IMG/VR virus record: IMGVR_UViG_3300021520_000002 | Coordinates: 221,573-285,572 of that record | Reading direction: 5' to 3' (one strand) | Length of the DNA stretch: 64,000 nt | Part shown: positions 1-10,481 of the stretch, in pieces | Numbering within the stretch: position 1 is the first letter of the stretch | Layout of the letters: each line of letters starts with the position of its first letter | The notes under the pieces: generated by a model | Databases searched by the model: none | Told to the model about the DNA's origin: nothing | Seen by the model: the letters and a program-made list of their open reading frames with translations, nothing else | Program-made: the position numbers and the translations under genes

Positions 1-29
1 TTTTCAGGTAATAGATTCATTTTCCTCCT

Positions 30-236
30 TTACAGATGAACTGTATAAGTTTCCATTGGAAACTCAACTTCAACTAAATATTTGTGTTTTAAACAATATA
101 TTCTAGGTCTACCTCTTCCACTCCAATACATATATACTTTATGTATAGCTCCACATGTTGGACAAATACATTCAACCAAGGGTTCATGCACTTTACAATG
201 TTTTATTACTCTTGGTGGATTATTTAAATGGCGCAT
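30..236 (-). CDS. small Cys-rich hypothetical protein
   Basis: 68-aa ORF with CxCPxC and RPRIYC motifs, overlaps upstream gene. Confidence 0.6.
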   Translation of the reverse strand: MRHLNNPPRVIKHCKVHEPLVECICPTCGAIHKVYMYWSGRGRPRIYCLKHKYLVEVEFPMETYTVHL

Positions 237-532
237 ATTCTAGTCTCATTTTTAATTTTTTCCAATATAATTAAATCACTAGGTTCAAAATTAAATTCTT
301 TTTGAATGTGTCCACCTTTAAAATGTCTTGGTTCATCAAATTTAACCATTATTCCAAGATATCTTCCAGAATTTTTAATTATAATTCCTGTTTCTGTTCC
401 ATCGAAAAAATTCATATCTTGACCTAAAGTAATTATTTGAACCTTTGTTCCAACTGGAAACATTTTAAAAGTATTATTATTTGTATTGTGTATTTCTTTC
501 TGTTTTCTTATCATGTCAGCAACACTCGGCAT
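224..532 (-). CDS. hypothetical protein
   Basis: 102-aa ORF, SD AAGGAG upstream. Confidence 0.7.
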   Translation of the reverse strand: MPSVADMIRKQKEIHNTNNNTFKMFPVGTKVQIITLGQDMNFFDGTETGIIIKNSGRYLGIMVKFDEPRHFKGGHIQKEFNFEPSDLIILEKIKNETRICAI

Positions 533-548
533 AGTTACTCCTTATGAT

Positions 549-580
549 ATCGGCAAGATCTATTGCTAAATCTTGCCGAT
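549..580. repeat. dispersed palindromic hairpin, copy 1
   Basis: ATCGGCAAGATCT-ATTGCT-AAATCTTGCCGAT just after the RNAP beta stop codon. Confidence 0.95.
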
Positions 581-584
581 ATTA

Positions 585-2555
585 TTATTCTTTCAGAAAT
601 TGTAATTGAACATCTACCACTTCTTTTGTTCTACTTTTAACGGCGCGATCTTCTGGAAGATGATATTCTCCAGATGTTATGAGTTGTTTTATCAAATCTG
701 GTTTACCTTCTTTCCAATCACTCTTAACGGATAAAAATTCTTTAATTGCCTGATCTGTGCCGTTAGTTATCATACTTTCAATTTCCATTTGACCAATTTT
801 AGAACCACCACCCTTTGATCTACCTTTTAATGGTTGTTGGGTAATAGCTTTAACAGTTCCAAGATCTCTTGCATTCATAATTTTTGAAGCTATTTTATAT
901 AATTTTTGAATATACATTGGAGCACAAAATATATTCTTTAAAGTAAAATCTTCATTTAATAATCCAATATCTAATTTAAGATTCTGTTTCATATATTTAA
1001 TAAGTTGTTTCTTTAATAAAACATTTTCTCTATAAGGTATTGATGTTTTTAATAAATCTTTTATATTTATCTCTGCAAAACATGGGGCTTCAACAAATAA
1101 ATTAGATTCAGTAACATTATTAATAAAATTATGTTTAAATATATCATCAGTTTCAAGATTCTTTATAATATCATTTTCAATTTTATTATAATAATCTTTA
1201 TCTATATGTCTAATAACTGAATCATTTAACCACTTAATTAATTCAGTTGTTTTTTCCGGAGTTTCTCTAATATGTTTATCACAATACATTACAGATTTAC
1301 CAACAATTCCTTCTAGAATTTGACCTAGATTCATTCTTGAGAAAACTGCAAAAGGATTGAAAATTAAATCCAATGGAATGTTTGAATCAACGGCAATAGG
1401 TCTTAAATCATCAGGAAGAATTAAACTAACTACACCTTTGTTTGCATATCTATTTGCTAATTTATCACCATAATAAGTTGATTCTTGTTTTGAAATTTCT
1501 ATTTCCATAATATAACAAACTTCATCTAATTTGATATTTCCTCTTGAACCTTTCTTTTGAGAAAATCTATAATACTTATCCAATATATGTGTTGCATAAT
1601 CACCTACTGTTTTTCTAGCAAGATCTTGCACAACATCTACTATGAATAAAGCATATTTTTTATAAAGACCTTTTATTATATTATGAAGATTAGTATCTAT
1701 AAGATTTATTTCTCTATCTGGTTTTAATCTATGTATTCTTATTCCAGTTACTGTACCATTTTCAACTTTAGATTTTATCTTATTGGTTGAAAATTTAGTA
1801 CCTTCAAGACTATTTAATGTTAATAAATGTGAAATAGACATCGTTTTAAGTGCTTGTTGAACTTTATTTTTGGTTGCCTGAGCATTACCAATATAACTAT
1901 CTGCTCCTTTAGGTATTAATAAACTACAAACTGCATCGTCTTTAATTTTTTGGCCGATATTTGGAAAATACGTAAAAGAATTTGGAATATGATCATACAT
2001 TGTTTTCATTAATGTATATTCATAGATTGGAATATAAATTTTATCAGTAAATACTGCTTTAGCTTTATCGGCAAAAGATTCAGAAATAACTATTGAATCT
2101 TCATGGTTAAAACCAAAAAATAACATAAATCCTGTAAATGTATTATAACCATATGAAGGTACACCATTTTTAAAACAATCATATGAAGCTATAATATCTC
2201 CTTTCTTAAATTTATCTCCTTCATCCAAACTATATCTTAATGTTGTTCCATAAATACTATACACTCTTTTAACTGCTGGAGTATGTATTTCTTCAAGTCT
2301 ATCTAAATTATCATATTTAACAATTAATAAATCATTATTATTGTTTTTATATTTTACTGAACCATCATCTTTAGCAATATTAATTCCTAAAATAGAATTA
2401 TCTCTAACATGTCTGTAATCAGAACCCACAACATATGGAATATCTGTATTAGGACTTGTTAAAGCTTGTTGTACCTGTTTAGATATCATACTTGCTCTTG
2501 TTGCGTCTGTTGAAGATAAAAATGGTATACTATTTAGATTAATACTTGTGATCAT
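585..2555 (-). CDS. phage multisubunit RNA polymerase, beta-like subunit, C-terminal part
   Basis: RpoB motifs GFNHEDSIVIS, GDKLANRYANKGVVS, NPFAVFSRMNLGQ, TQQPLKGRSKGGGSKIGQME. Confidence 0.92.
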   Translation of the reverse strand: MITSINLNSIPFLSSTDATRASMISKQVQQALTSPNTDIPYVVGSDYRHVRDNSILGINIAKDDGSVKYKNNNNDLLIVKYDNLDRLEEIHTPAVKRVYSIYGTTLRYSLDEGDKFKKGDIIASYDCFKNGVPSYGYNTFTGFMLFFGFNHEDSIVISESFADKAKAVFTDKIYIPIYEYTLMKTMYDHIPNSFTYFPNIGQKIKDDAVCSLLIPKGADSYIGNAQATKNKVQQALKTMSISHLLTLNSLEGTKFSTNKIKSKVENGTVTGIRIHRLKPDREINLIDTNLHNIIKGLYKKYALFIVDVVQDLARKTVGDYATHILDKYYRFSQKKGSRGNIKLDEVCYIMEIEISKQESTYYGDKLANRYANKGVVSLILPDDLRPIAVDSNIPLDLIFNPFAVFSRMNLGQILEGIVGKSVMYCDKHIRETPEKTTELIKWLNDSVIRHIDKDYYNKIENDIIKNLETDDIFKHNFINNVTESNLFVEAPCFAEINIKDLLKTSIPYRENVLLKKQLIKYMKQNLKLDIGLLNEDFTLKNIFCAPMYIQKLYKIASKIMNARDLGTVKAITQQPLKGRSKGGGSKIGQMEIESMITNGTDQAIKEFLSVKSDWKEGKPDLIKQLITSGEYHLPEDRAVKSRTKEVVDVQLQFLKE

Positions 2556-2599
2556 ATTTTACGCCTCCTCTTATATTTTGAATAAAAAATTTTATTACC

Positions 2600-2630
2600 A
2601 TATTATTTCTATATGAATAAGTTAAAAATT
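2600..2630 (-). promoter_or_regulatory. putative phage promoter (TTCATATAGAAATAATA on coding strand), representative copy
   Basis: same motif recurs about 22 times in intergenic DNA, oriented with the downstream gene. Confidence 0.75.
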
Positions 2631-2634
2631 CAAT

Positions 2635-3075
2635 TCAATTTATAAGAGATTTTTTAATTTCTGGAATCTGAAAAGCATCTCCTGGAATCTGAAAAACAAA
2701 TTCAGCATTTGATTTTTCTTTTGGTTGCCAAAACAATACAATCTTTTTCTCTTTTTCTTCTTCCACCCAAAATGAAAACTGATTAACATATTTAGCTGGT
2801 GACATCATAACCATCATAGGCATTACAGTATTGAATGTGTTACTTATAAATTCAAATAATTTTTCATGAATAGACATAATACATTCAGCTGAGAATGTAA
2901 TATCATCTAAATCAAGTTCATGGATTTTATCAACATCAGCATGAATAATCTTACTTAGATGATTTTTGGTTTCTTCTACCTTTTTTTCATAATCTAAATT
3001 ATAACTAAACATATTAGTTTTCCCCAATAGTTTTTTAGTTCTATTTTTTACTCGATTTTTTAAAGATTGTATCAT
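2635..3075 (-). CDS. hypothetical protein
   Basis: 146-aa ORF, ATGA overlap with upstream gene, SD GGAGGTG. Confidence 0.7.
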   Translation of the reverse strand: MIQSLKNRVKNRTKKLLGKTNMFSYNLDYEKKVEETKNHLSKIIHADVDKIHELDLDDITFSAECIMSIHEKLFEFISNTFNTVMPMMVMMSPAKYVNQFSFWVEEEKEKKIVLFWQPKEKSNAEFVFQIPGDAFQIPEIKKSLIN

Positions 3076-3506
3076 CCCACCTCCCTGTTTGGTTCTTCAT
3101 CAGGTTTTTCAAATGGATAAACAATCCATCTATCATTAGGACATTCTTCAACATAATATGTTGGTTTTACAATAGATCTTGGTTTATAATGAATTGTTGC
3201 AACATCAAATTGTTGTATAAAAGAATCAAGAGTGACACCAGTGTCCGATAAATCATCTACTATTAATATATCATTAATTATTTCTCTATCATTTGTTCTT
3301 AAATATACAGTATATCTGACTGCAAAATCATGTTTATCTAAAATTTCAAGTTCTAAATAATGACTTAAATAAACTCCAACAATTAAGCCACCTCTTGGAA
3401 TTGCATAAATATATTCATATTTACCTTTTGGAATTTTATTAGCTAATATTATAATACTATCATGAAACTCTTGTGGTGTTACAAAGTATTTGTTCCATTC
3501 ACTCAT
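3072..3506 (-). CDS. type I phosphoribosyltransferase (xanthine/guanine PRT-like)
   Basis: IPRGG loop, PRPP-binding ILIVDDLSDTGVT, C-terminal WIVYPFE. Confidence 0.88.
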   Translation of the reverse strand: MSEWNKYFVTPQEFHDSIIILANKIPKGKYEYIYAIPRGGLIVGVYLSHYLELEILDKHDFAVRYTVYLRTNDREIINDILIVDDLSDTGVTLDSFIQQFDVATIHYKPRSIVKPTYYVEECPNDRWIVYPFEKPDEEPNREVG

Positions 3507-3657
3507 TTATTTCTCCATTATTTAATTTTTTGTTCAAAAAACATTTCAAGAATAGTAAGAGTTAATACCATTAGGTCATTTTCATTAGCTATTATTGGAA
3601 ATAAAGATTCTTCCTTATAAGCTGTGATTGGTGATATTTTGAATATTTTTTGATGAA

Positions 3658-3855
3658 TCATTTAGTATCTCCTTCCCAGTTCAAAGCATCATATTTGCCG
3701 ATAAACACATTCCATGTAATTTTTAATGTTCTCCACCAATGATTTAATCCATAATATGGTAAAGGCCTTGCTGGTATCCATCTTCCATCTTTAACTTCTT
3801 GATCTGTAGACCATTGTTTTATTTCAACTGCGGAATATGTATTTGGGTGTCTCAT
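3658..3855 (-). CDS. hypothetical protein
   Basis: 65-aa ORF, SD AAGGAG, WIPARP motif. Confidence 0.65.
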   Translation of the reverse strand: MRHPNTYSAVEIKQWSTDQEVKDGRWIPARPLPYYGLNHWWRTLKITWNVFIGKYDALNWEGDTK

Positions 3856-3993
3856 TCTTGTTCTCCTTAATATTTCTCTTTATAAACTATAAACATTAAA
3901 ATATAATCTTCTTGATTTAAAAATTTAACATCTATAACATCTAATTTTTTTAACCATGGATTAATATCTAATTCTTGACCATTAATTTCAAGT

Positions 3994-4179
3994 CTAACTG
4001 TTTTTAGTTGTACTATCATTTTTTTCCCATCTTTTTAAACAGTCTATTACAGTAAGTTCTGGGACAATAACGTTTGAATATGATCCATTTGTAGCACTAA
4101 CTGCAACTCTAATTGTTGCCCATTTAGCTATTCCTTTTGGTAATTTCCAAGCAATCCATTTTTGAATTTTATCTTTCAT
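3994..4179 (-). CDS. hypothetical protein
   Basis: 61-aa ORF with SD, TAG stop. Confidence 0.6.
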   Translation of the reverse strand: MKDKIQKWIAWKLPKGIAKWATIRVAVSATNGSYSNVIVPELTVIDCLKRWEKNDSTTKNS

Positions 4180-4478
4180 ATTATTTCTCCTTTTTTAACT
4201 TCTATTGACATAAGACCAGCTTCTTGTAATATCTTTTTGCATTTTGGAATTACCATAATTTTTTGAAGAGCATTTGCAATATTTTCAAGATTTGTTTTAT
4301 TATCTAAATTAAAAGTCATTGTACTTCCATCTTTAGCATAAAAAATTATATTACGTGGAATAGCACCACCTATTCTAAGAATTTCACAGCATGATTCTTT
4401 TTTTGCTAAATCAATACCGATAGGTGTATATTTTTCAATCATTTCATCAAAGCCATCTTTTTCAGTTTCTTTTTCCAT
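4176..4478 (-). CDS. hypothetical protein
   Basis: start moved to ATG after AAGGA; longer annotated start runs into the palindrome. Confidence 0.6.
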   Translation of the reverse strand: MEKETEKDGFDEMIEKYTPIGIDLAKKESCCEILRIGGAIPRNIIFYAKDGSTMTFNLDNKTNLENIANALQKIMVIPKCKKILQEAGLMSIEVKKGEII

Positions 4479-4503
4479 ATTTTTTCCTTTAAATAAAAAT
4501 TTT

Positions 4504-4535
4504 ATCGGCAAGATCTATTTCTAGATCCTGCCGAT
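4504..4535. repeat. dispersed palindromic hairpin, copy 2
   Basis: ATCGGCAAGATCT-ATTTCT-AGATCCTGCCGAT. Confidence 0.92.
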
Positions 4536-4539
4536 TTTC

Positions 4540-5373
4540 TTAGTCCAGAAAGGCAACAGCTCTGGAAGCTTTCGCTTCCTGTTCTCTGTTCAAACGAACA
4601 GAGTACCATCCTTTCAAATTGATTGTCTTATGATCACTATGGCGAATATAGCCACGAACATAAACCTGTGCATCCCGAGTCATCTGTCTCCATCCTAGTT
4701 TATCCTTATCTGAACTATATTGATCATGAAACTCTTTCAGAGTAAGACCATTAGGAGCATAACTTCTATGAACCATCACAGTTGTTCCACCAGTGCGATA
4801 CAACTCCTCACAGATATGAGGTTTTGCACCTCTTCTTCCGTTGGTAATCGGCTCATTTTTGTGAATAAGTTTCGGATTTGGATCAATATTAGCCTTGGTG
4901 AAAAACCATTCACCCTGTCTAATATAGACCTCATTTTTGCGCCGAGTTCCAGCATGTTCCAGATGTTTTTTCTTCAGAGTTCCTTTCTGAGCATTAACTA
5001 CAGACTCAGGTTTAAGTGCTTCCATAGCATCAAGAACATTTTTCGCTCCAGCTGCTTCCGGTACAGCACAAGTAAACCACTGTCTCTCATCATGTCCGCA
5101 GAGAAATTTGGAAACGGTTTCTTTTCCAACTTTTCCTTGTTTCAGCATAAGGAGCAAATGACGTTCTGCCACTTTTGCATCGATCACAGCTACTTCGAAA
5201 GGAGTATTAGTTTGACGTTCGGAAATAGCAAAAAATTCTCCTTTTCGATCTTTTAACACATCAATACTGATTGCGAGATTTGGAGGCATTCCATCACGAA
5301 AACGTGTTGTTTCTACAAATTTAACTCTCGCGCCGATCTCTTCGAATTTTGTCTTTATTAATTCTACGTTCAT
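4540..5373 (-). CDS. hypothetical protein (RQGEWFF motif)
   Basis: SD AGGAGG then ATG 5373; own promoter motif at 5422; higher GC than flanks. Confidence 0.8.
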   Translation of the reverse strand: MNVELIKTKFEEIGARVKFVETTRFRDGMPPNLAISIDVLKDRKGEFFAISERQTNTPFEVAVIDAKVAERHLLLMLKQGKVGKETVSKFLCGHDERQWFTCAVPEAAGAKNVLDAMEALKPESVVNAQKGTLKKKHLEHAGTRRKNEVYIRQGEWFFTKANIDPNPKLIHKNEPITNGRRGAKPHICEELYRTGGTTVMVHRSYAPNGLTLKEFHDQYSSDKDKLGWRQMTRDAQVYVRGYIRHSDHKTINLKGWYSVRLNREQEAKASRAVAFLD

Positions 5374-5983
5374 TATTCCTCCTAAAAGAAATTGTAGATT
5401 TTTCATTCTACATAAGTATTATTTCTATATAAAGAGTTTGAATATGAAATTATTTTTTTGGGGTTTTTATTAATTTAGTTAAATATGTATCTTGACAGTC
5501 ATCACATCTAATATAAGGTTTTTCAATTTCTTTTCCACAACGACATTTATTAGTTTGTGATTCTTTTTGATCTCCAAAAACTGTGTCATAATTTACATTA
5601 TTATCCATTTAAATGATCTCCCTTAATGGTTGGAAAACTTTTATCAATCTATAAAAATCACTTTTTCTAATTCTTACTTTTTTACCTTCTGTAGAAAATA
5701 TTATATAATCTTCATCAAGATCTTCATAAATTTCCATCACTCCATAATCATATTCTTCAAATTGACTTTCTATTTGTTTTTCTATATCTATGGTAATTTT
5801 TATCATATTTCTCCTTTTTCTTTTTCATTATATTTACAACATGTAGAATCTTCACCTGATTGATAATGTCCATCAAATATACATTTTTCATTATCATCTA
5901 ATTTACAAAGAACTTTTCCACATTTTTCACATATCATTTTTCTCTGACAGATATTACAATCTTTATTCATGTTATTACCTTCC

Positions 5984-6310
5984 TTATTGATAGGAATGTA
6001 AACCTTTTCCAAGTTTAGAAAGTAGTCGATTTTTTGGATCGACATGTTTGTTTTGATTATTAAACATCTGTGGTTCTTTAAATATAATTGGAAAAGGTTT
6101 CAGAACTTCTTGTTTAACTAATTTTTGTTCTTCTATATATGTTTTAAAAGTCATTGGTTTAATTTTAATTGCTGGGGTAACATGGTTAGTTGACTCTTCA
6201 TAATAAAAACAATCATCAGACGGTGAATGTGCTGTTGATGTTATTGGTGTTTGATCTGCTAAAGTTGTCCAAGTACCAGTGCTATTATATCTATTATAAT
6301 AAGATACCAT
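5984..6310 (-). CDS. hypothetical protein
   Basis: 108-aa ORF, SD GAGGT. Confidence 0.6.
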   Translation of the reverse strand: MVSYYNRYNSTGTWTTLADQTPITSTAHSPSDDCFYYEESTNHVTPAIKIKPMTFKTYIEEQKLVKQEVLKPFPIIFKEPQMFNNQNKHVDPKNRLLSKLGKGLHSYQ

Positions 6311-6321
6311 ATTTAACCTCT

Positions 6322-7095
6322 TTATTTTTCATCAAAACATTCCAATCTTTTTAAAGCTGAATCACTACAAGAATTTAAAGATTTAACAATATCAAAATAT
6401 TGAGAATATATATGAAGACCATCTGAATATGCTATCATTTCTCCATCTTGTAATCTTATATCAGATCCTTCATCTTCTAATCCAGAATTGACCATTGCTA
6501 AAACATATTCTTTTACTCTTTGAAATCCCCAAAGATTCTCTGGCATACCACAAACAAGATCCCAAGAACGAAAGAAAACTGATGATCTTAATATTCCATC
6601 AACAGCTTTAAAAGACATAACTCTCAAACAAGGTGGATCACTCATTTTTGTACAAGTATTATCACCAACATTAATAGTAGCTTGATTTGTTTTTCCTTTA
6701 GAAATTATTAGATTTTGTATAATATCTTCAACTTGTGGTTTAATCCATGTTGAATATTTATAAATTTCATTTGGTTCTAATTTATCATCCATTAGATATT
6801 TTGCAAAATAAGCATCAACAGCCTCTAAATCAGTTGGTCTGAAAGGAGAAGTTTCAGATGTGAATGGTTCCCAAATTGAAGGTGTTTTAATTTTTATCAA
6901 AACATATGGTAATTGTAATCTAAATTGTCCTATATAACTCCCAAATTCATCAACTTTTGAAGCGTTTCCAACTTTATATTTTATACTGTTTTTACTTTCA
7001 AGACACAACCACATTACACTTCTCCAAGCTTGAGCAATAGTAAATTCTTCTACATAATTAGTTTCCCAATTAATCATTCTTTTCTCCATTTTCAT
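6322..7095 (-). CDS. thyA: thymidylate synthase family protein
   Basis: catalytic DPPCLR, FRSWDL, PENL (Asn, dUMP-type), LHIY. Confidence 0.8.
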   Translation of the reverse strand: MKMEKRMINWETNYVEEFTIAQAWRSVMWLCLESKNSIKYKVGNASKVDEFGSYIGQFRLQLPYVLIKIKTPSIWEPFTSETSPFRPTDLEAVDAYFAKYLMDDKLEPNEIYKYSTWIKPQVEDIIQNLIISKGKTNQATINVGDNTCTKMSDPPCLRVMSFKAVDGILRSSVFFRSWDLVCGMPENLWGFQRVKEYVLAMVNSGLEDEGSDIRLQDGEMIAYSDGLHIYSQYFDIVKSLNSCSDSALKRLECFDEK

Positions 7096-7366
7096 ATTTT
7101 TTTATAACTTCAGAAAATATAACTAATCCTTTTTGATTTCTTATTTCAACTCTTATATTTTTATCATTTATATGACATCTTGACCATCCACCATTTGGAG
7201 AAACTACTGATTTAAATAATATCCCTTCAGTTTCAATATCTATAAAATTTATTTCAAAATTTCCAGTTTTTTTCGTTGCTTTAAATCCTCGTCTAAGATT
7301 CATTTTTATAATTGGAAATTCTTCTTTTGTCAATTCAACTATAAAATTATTAACTGTTTTGCTCAT
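7070..7366 (-). CDS. hypothetical protein
   Basis: 98-aa ORF, SD AAGGAG. Confidence 0.65.
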   Translation of the reverse strand: MSKTVNNFIVELTKEEFPIIKMNLRRGFKATKKTGNFEINFIDIETEGILFKSVVSPNGGWSRCHINDKNIRVEIRNQKGLVIFSEVIKKYENGEKND

Positions 7367-7388
7367 TTCTACTCCTTTGATTAATTAA

Positions 7389-7457
7389 AGGACATAGGTA
7401 GTCCTGCCTTGGCGTCTTTACCCTACACAGAATGCACTGTGATAAGACCTATGTCCT
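7389..7457 (-). ncRNA. candidate structured intergenic RNA (three-way junction)
   Basis: perfect 11-bp closing stem AGGACATAGGT/ACCTATGTCCT enclosing CACAG/CTGTG and GCC/GGC helices; GC-rich. Confidence 0.4.
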
Positions 7458-7463
7458 GATTCA

Positions 7464-8387
7464 TTATTTTTCCTTTTTAAAAGGTATTTTAGTAGATATA
7501 AATCCAGCTGCACCAGCGTGCCCACCACCACCATACTTCTTGGCTATTTCACTTACATCAACACCATTTTGACCTGAATATAAACTCACTGACCAGTTCT
7601 TGCCGTCATATATAAATGGTAATAATATATCATATTTATCTGTTCCACCAATTGATTTAAAATAATCTGAATTGCATTTTCCTAAGTTAACAGCAAAACA
7701 TTTATAACCTTCAAATTCAACTTCAAATCCATAAGATTTAAGAAAATCTTTAGACCAACCATCTCTATAAGCAATACAAATTTTTCCTTCAACAATAATT
7801 TTATTTATTGTTGATGCTTCATTATTTACTAAATCTATCCAAAAATTAGATTCAGGATTTGTATCATAAATTTCACAACCAATTACAAAAGGTTTAGTTT
7901 GTGGTAATTTTAAAGTCCATGTATCCCAATCACTAATTAATCTAGTAAATTTTGGAACTTGTTCATACATTTTAGTATTAAAAGATTTAACTTCACCTTT
8001 ACCTTGTTTAGTCATAATATTAAGATATATATAAGTTAAAGCACATCCAGCCATATTAATATAATTTGGATCTTTTTTAATTTCATCGGCACTTTTTGTT
8101 TCATATCTAATACCAGTAATTTCATTTCTAAAATTTTTATATTTATCAATAGAACTCTTATGATGATCTATCCAAACAACATTTGGAGTTATTTCAAGAA
8201 GATCTATCATTTCTTCTGGAGAAATTGAAAAATCGACGATATATACAGTTTCATTAGGTAAGATCTTGCCGATTGGAAATGGTTTATTATAATTAATTTC
8301 AAAAAACTCTTTTTTTAGTTCTGGTATAAATGTACACCAAAAAGCGGAACAACGTCCATCTAAATCATTATGATAAAATACTTTCAT
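7464..8387 (-). CDS. DHH/DHHA1 family phosphoesterase
   Basis: HNDLDG, VDFS, WIDHH, GGGGHAGAAG. Confidence 0.92.
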   Translation of the reverse strand: MKVFYHNDLDGRCSAFWCTFIPELKKEFFEINYNKPFPIGKILPNETVYIVDFSISPEEMIDLLEITPNVVWIDHHKSSIDKYKNFRNEITGIRYETKSADEIKKDPNYINMAGCALTYIYLNIMTKQGKGEVKSFNTKMYEQVPKFTRLISDWDTWTLKLPQTKPFVIGCEIYDTNPESNFWIDLVNNEASTINKIIVEGKICIAYRDGWSKDFLKSYGFEVEFEGYKCFAVNLGKCNSDYFKSIGGTDKYDILLPFIYDGKNWSVSLYSGQNGVDVSEIAKKYGGGGHAGAAGFISTKIPFKKEK

Positions 8388-8596
8388 TTGTTCTCCTTCA
8401 CATCTGTTGTTTTTGACTGTTCTGGGACTATTTTAATTCCTAAATAATCACTCCTGCTAGCTCCATATTTATGAAAACCTGAAAATATAGCATCACAACT
8501 TTCATTTTTTCCAAATTGTTGTAACCATTGTGTTTCAAATTCTGTTTCTGGAACAATAAGTAACCCACTACCTCCATGATACATTTCAACTTTCAT
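8384..8596 (-). CDS. hypothetical protein
   Basis: 70-aa ORF with SD. Confidence 0.6.
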   Translation of the reverse strand: MKVEMYHGGSGLLIVPETEFETQWLQQFGKNESCDAIFSGFHKYGASRSDYLGIKIVPEQSKTTDVKENK

Positions 8597-8611
8597 TTTA
8601 TCTCCTTCTTA

Positions 8612-8926
8612 TTATTTATCAACAATATTATATTTTATAAACTTTCCATCTTTAAATTCAAAACATAATGTTTTACGTGGAGAATCACTTATTTCATTTA
8701 GATTGATAAAATTATAATCACTATATGGTTGATTACTATTTTCTACATATTCTATACCAATAGAGTTAAGACATTCTTTAAATTTATCAATATCTCTTAA
8801 GTTTTTTGATGCTTTTTTCTCTTTCGAATAAAACAACTTCATATGATAAAAAAACCAGAGTAAACCATAAATAATACTCGAAGCTAATGCTGCTGGTAAT
8901 AAAATATAAAATAAAAAATCTTTCAT
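8612..8926 (-). CDS. hypothetical membrane protein
   Basis: N-terminal hydrophobic helix, SD AAGGAG. Confidence 0.6.
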   Translation of the reverse strand: MKDFLFYILLPAALASSIIYGLLWFFYHMKLFYSKEKKASKNLRDIDKFKECLNSIGIEYVENSNQPYSDYNFINLNEISDSPRKTLCFEFKDGKFIKYNIVDK

Positions 8927-8954
8927 ATTCCGTCTCCTTCAATACATTTAACCC

Positions 8955-9221
8955 TTATCCCTCCGTTTCCCAATCTATTGGTTCTATATTTGCTCCTTGA
9001 CTTTGCATCCAAGGTACTAATTTTTGTTTAAAACATTTGGGGCATATGTCAATAGTATATTCTTTTTGTCTTACAGTCACTTTTATCTCTGTTTCATCTA
9101 CTTCATAAACTCCGGCATACCAACTATAGCCTTTAGATTCAAAACCACAAATATCACAACTTCTTTTATCTTCAATAACCTTTGTTTGACTTGGTACTTG
9201 AATACTTTTAAATATTTTCAT
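8955..9221 (-). CDS. hypothetical Zn-finger protein
   Basis: CDIC and DICPKC pairs. Confidence 0.65.
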   Translation of the reverse strand: MKIFKSIQVPSQTKVIEDKRSCDICGFESKGYSWYAGVYEVDETEIKVTVRQKEYTIDICPKCFKQKLVPWMQSQGANIEPIDWETEG

Positions 9222-9402
9222 TTTCCCTCCTAAGCCAATTCATGTCTTTTTGTACCTTCTTGTTTTAACTTACAATACATTTCCCATTTAGAATAATAAG
9301 ACCATCTAAATAAGTAAGTAAAGATTTTTTGAATCCAACTTAATTTTATTTTGGTATAATAGTCCCATTCTTTTTTAGTTGGTACGTAATCTCCATATAC
9401 TA

Positions 9403-9657
9403 TCATTTAGTTTCCCTCCCTACACCCAGAAAACATATTTTTAAAAATAATAACACGTTTTGTTTTAAAGTTAGTCTTGGTTCTTTCCATTCGAACCATC
9501 TACAATCATAATTTTTATTAAGTTCATGTGGTGAAAAGAAATGATGTTTAAGTTCTTTAGCATAATAAGTTCTAACTTCTTTTTTGTTATCTGGGTGACC
9601 ACACTCTATAAGACTTATACAATGTTTACAGTCACTACAATAAATTTCAGTTACCAT
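9403..9657 (-). CDS. hypothetical Cys-rich protein
   Basis: CSDCKHC and NKNYDCRWFE. Confidence 0.6.
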   Translation of the reverse strand: MVTEIYCSDCKHCISLIECGHPDNKKEVRTYYAKELKHHFFSPHELNKNYDCRWFEWKEPRLTLKQNVLLFLKICFLGVGRETK

Positions 9658-9838
9658 TTATTTTTCTCCTTATATATTAATAATTGTTCGAAAAAATATT
9701 ATTATAATTGAGATAACAAAAATTCCAAAACAACTAAGAGTTAATATTCCACCTATTATAGATTCTATTTTATATTTTTTATCATACCAATAACATAAGA
9801 AAAATAATAATCCTGATATTACTGTTACCCACTCCATT

Positions 9839-10099
9839 TTAAACTTCCCTCCATACACCATTTTCAAGATATCCATGCCAACCCACAATATCTTTATTAG
9901 AATAGCAAAGTATAGATGGGCTTGCTGTAATTGTTCCATCTTCATGTTCAGTTATGTTATGAATGGTTGTTCTTAATCTTCCCCAGGTTCCATTTGGACA
10001 ACGTAACCACCATGTCCCATCATTTGCTTTAGCATAGTCACCAGGTTCAAGATCATGTATTTTAATATTCTCATCTGGATAAACTCTTCTACCTACCAT
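9839..10099 (-). CDS. DUF6527-like hypothetical protein
   Basis: DGTITASPSIL and WHGYLENGVW pattern. Confidence 0.6.
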   Translation of the reverse strand: MVGRRVYPDENIKIHDLEPGDYAKANDGTWWLRCPNGTWGRLRTTIHNITEHEDGTITASPSILCYSNKDIVGWHGYLENGVWREV

Positions 10100-10265
10100 T
10101 TTATTTCTCCATAAACTTTCTTAAATTCTTCAACCATTACTTCTTTATCTACTGGACATGTACAATTTGTAATATGTTCGGTATAAGCTATAAGATTAAT
10201 TATAGTATCATTATACATCCATTTTGTTCCATTAGCTTGTTGTATCATATGGAATAAGAACTCTT

Positions 10266-10460
10266 TCATTTTTCTCCTTTTTTACATTCATCACATCTTA
10301 ATACACCACCATCAGATTTATCAATTTTAAGTTTTTTATTAAAATAATAACAATTTCTATATTCATCATTATATCCCGAGCAACCACTTCCGAATCCTTC
10401 ATTACCACAATATTCATCATCAACAGTTATTTCAACTTCTATTAGCTTTTTAAGTTTCAT
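10266..10460 (-). CDS. hypothetical Cys-rich protein
   Basis: 64-aa ORF with SD, immediately downstream of the tRNA. Confidence 0.6.
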   Translation of the reverse strand: MKLKKLIEVEITVDDEYCGNEGFGSGCSGYNDEYRNCYYFNKKLKIDKSDGGVLRCDECKKGEK

Positions 10461-10481
10461 ACTTATACTCCTTTTTAAAAA

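Noticed and set aside
4720-5256. Antisense ORFs over real genes (4720-5256, 16425-16739, 33949-34443 and similar)
   Set aside because: Opposite to well-supported genes, no SD, biased composition.
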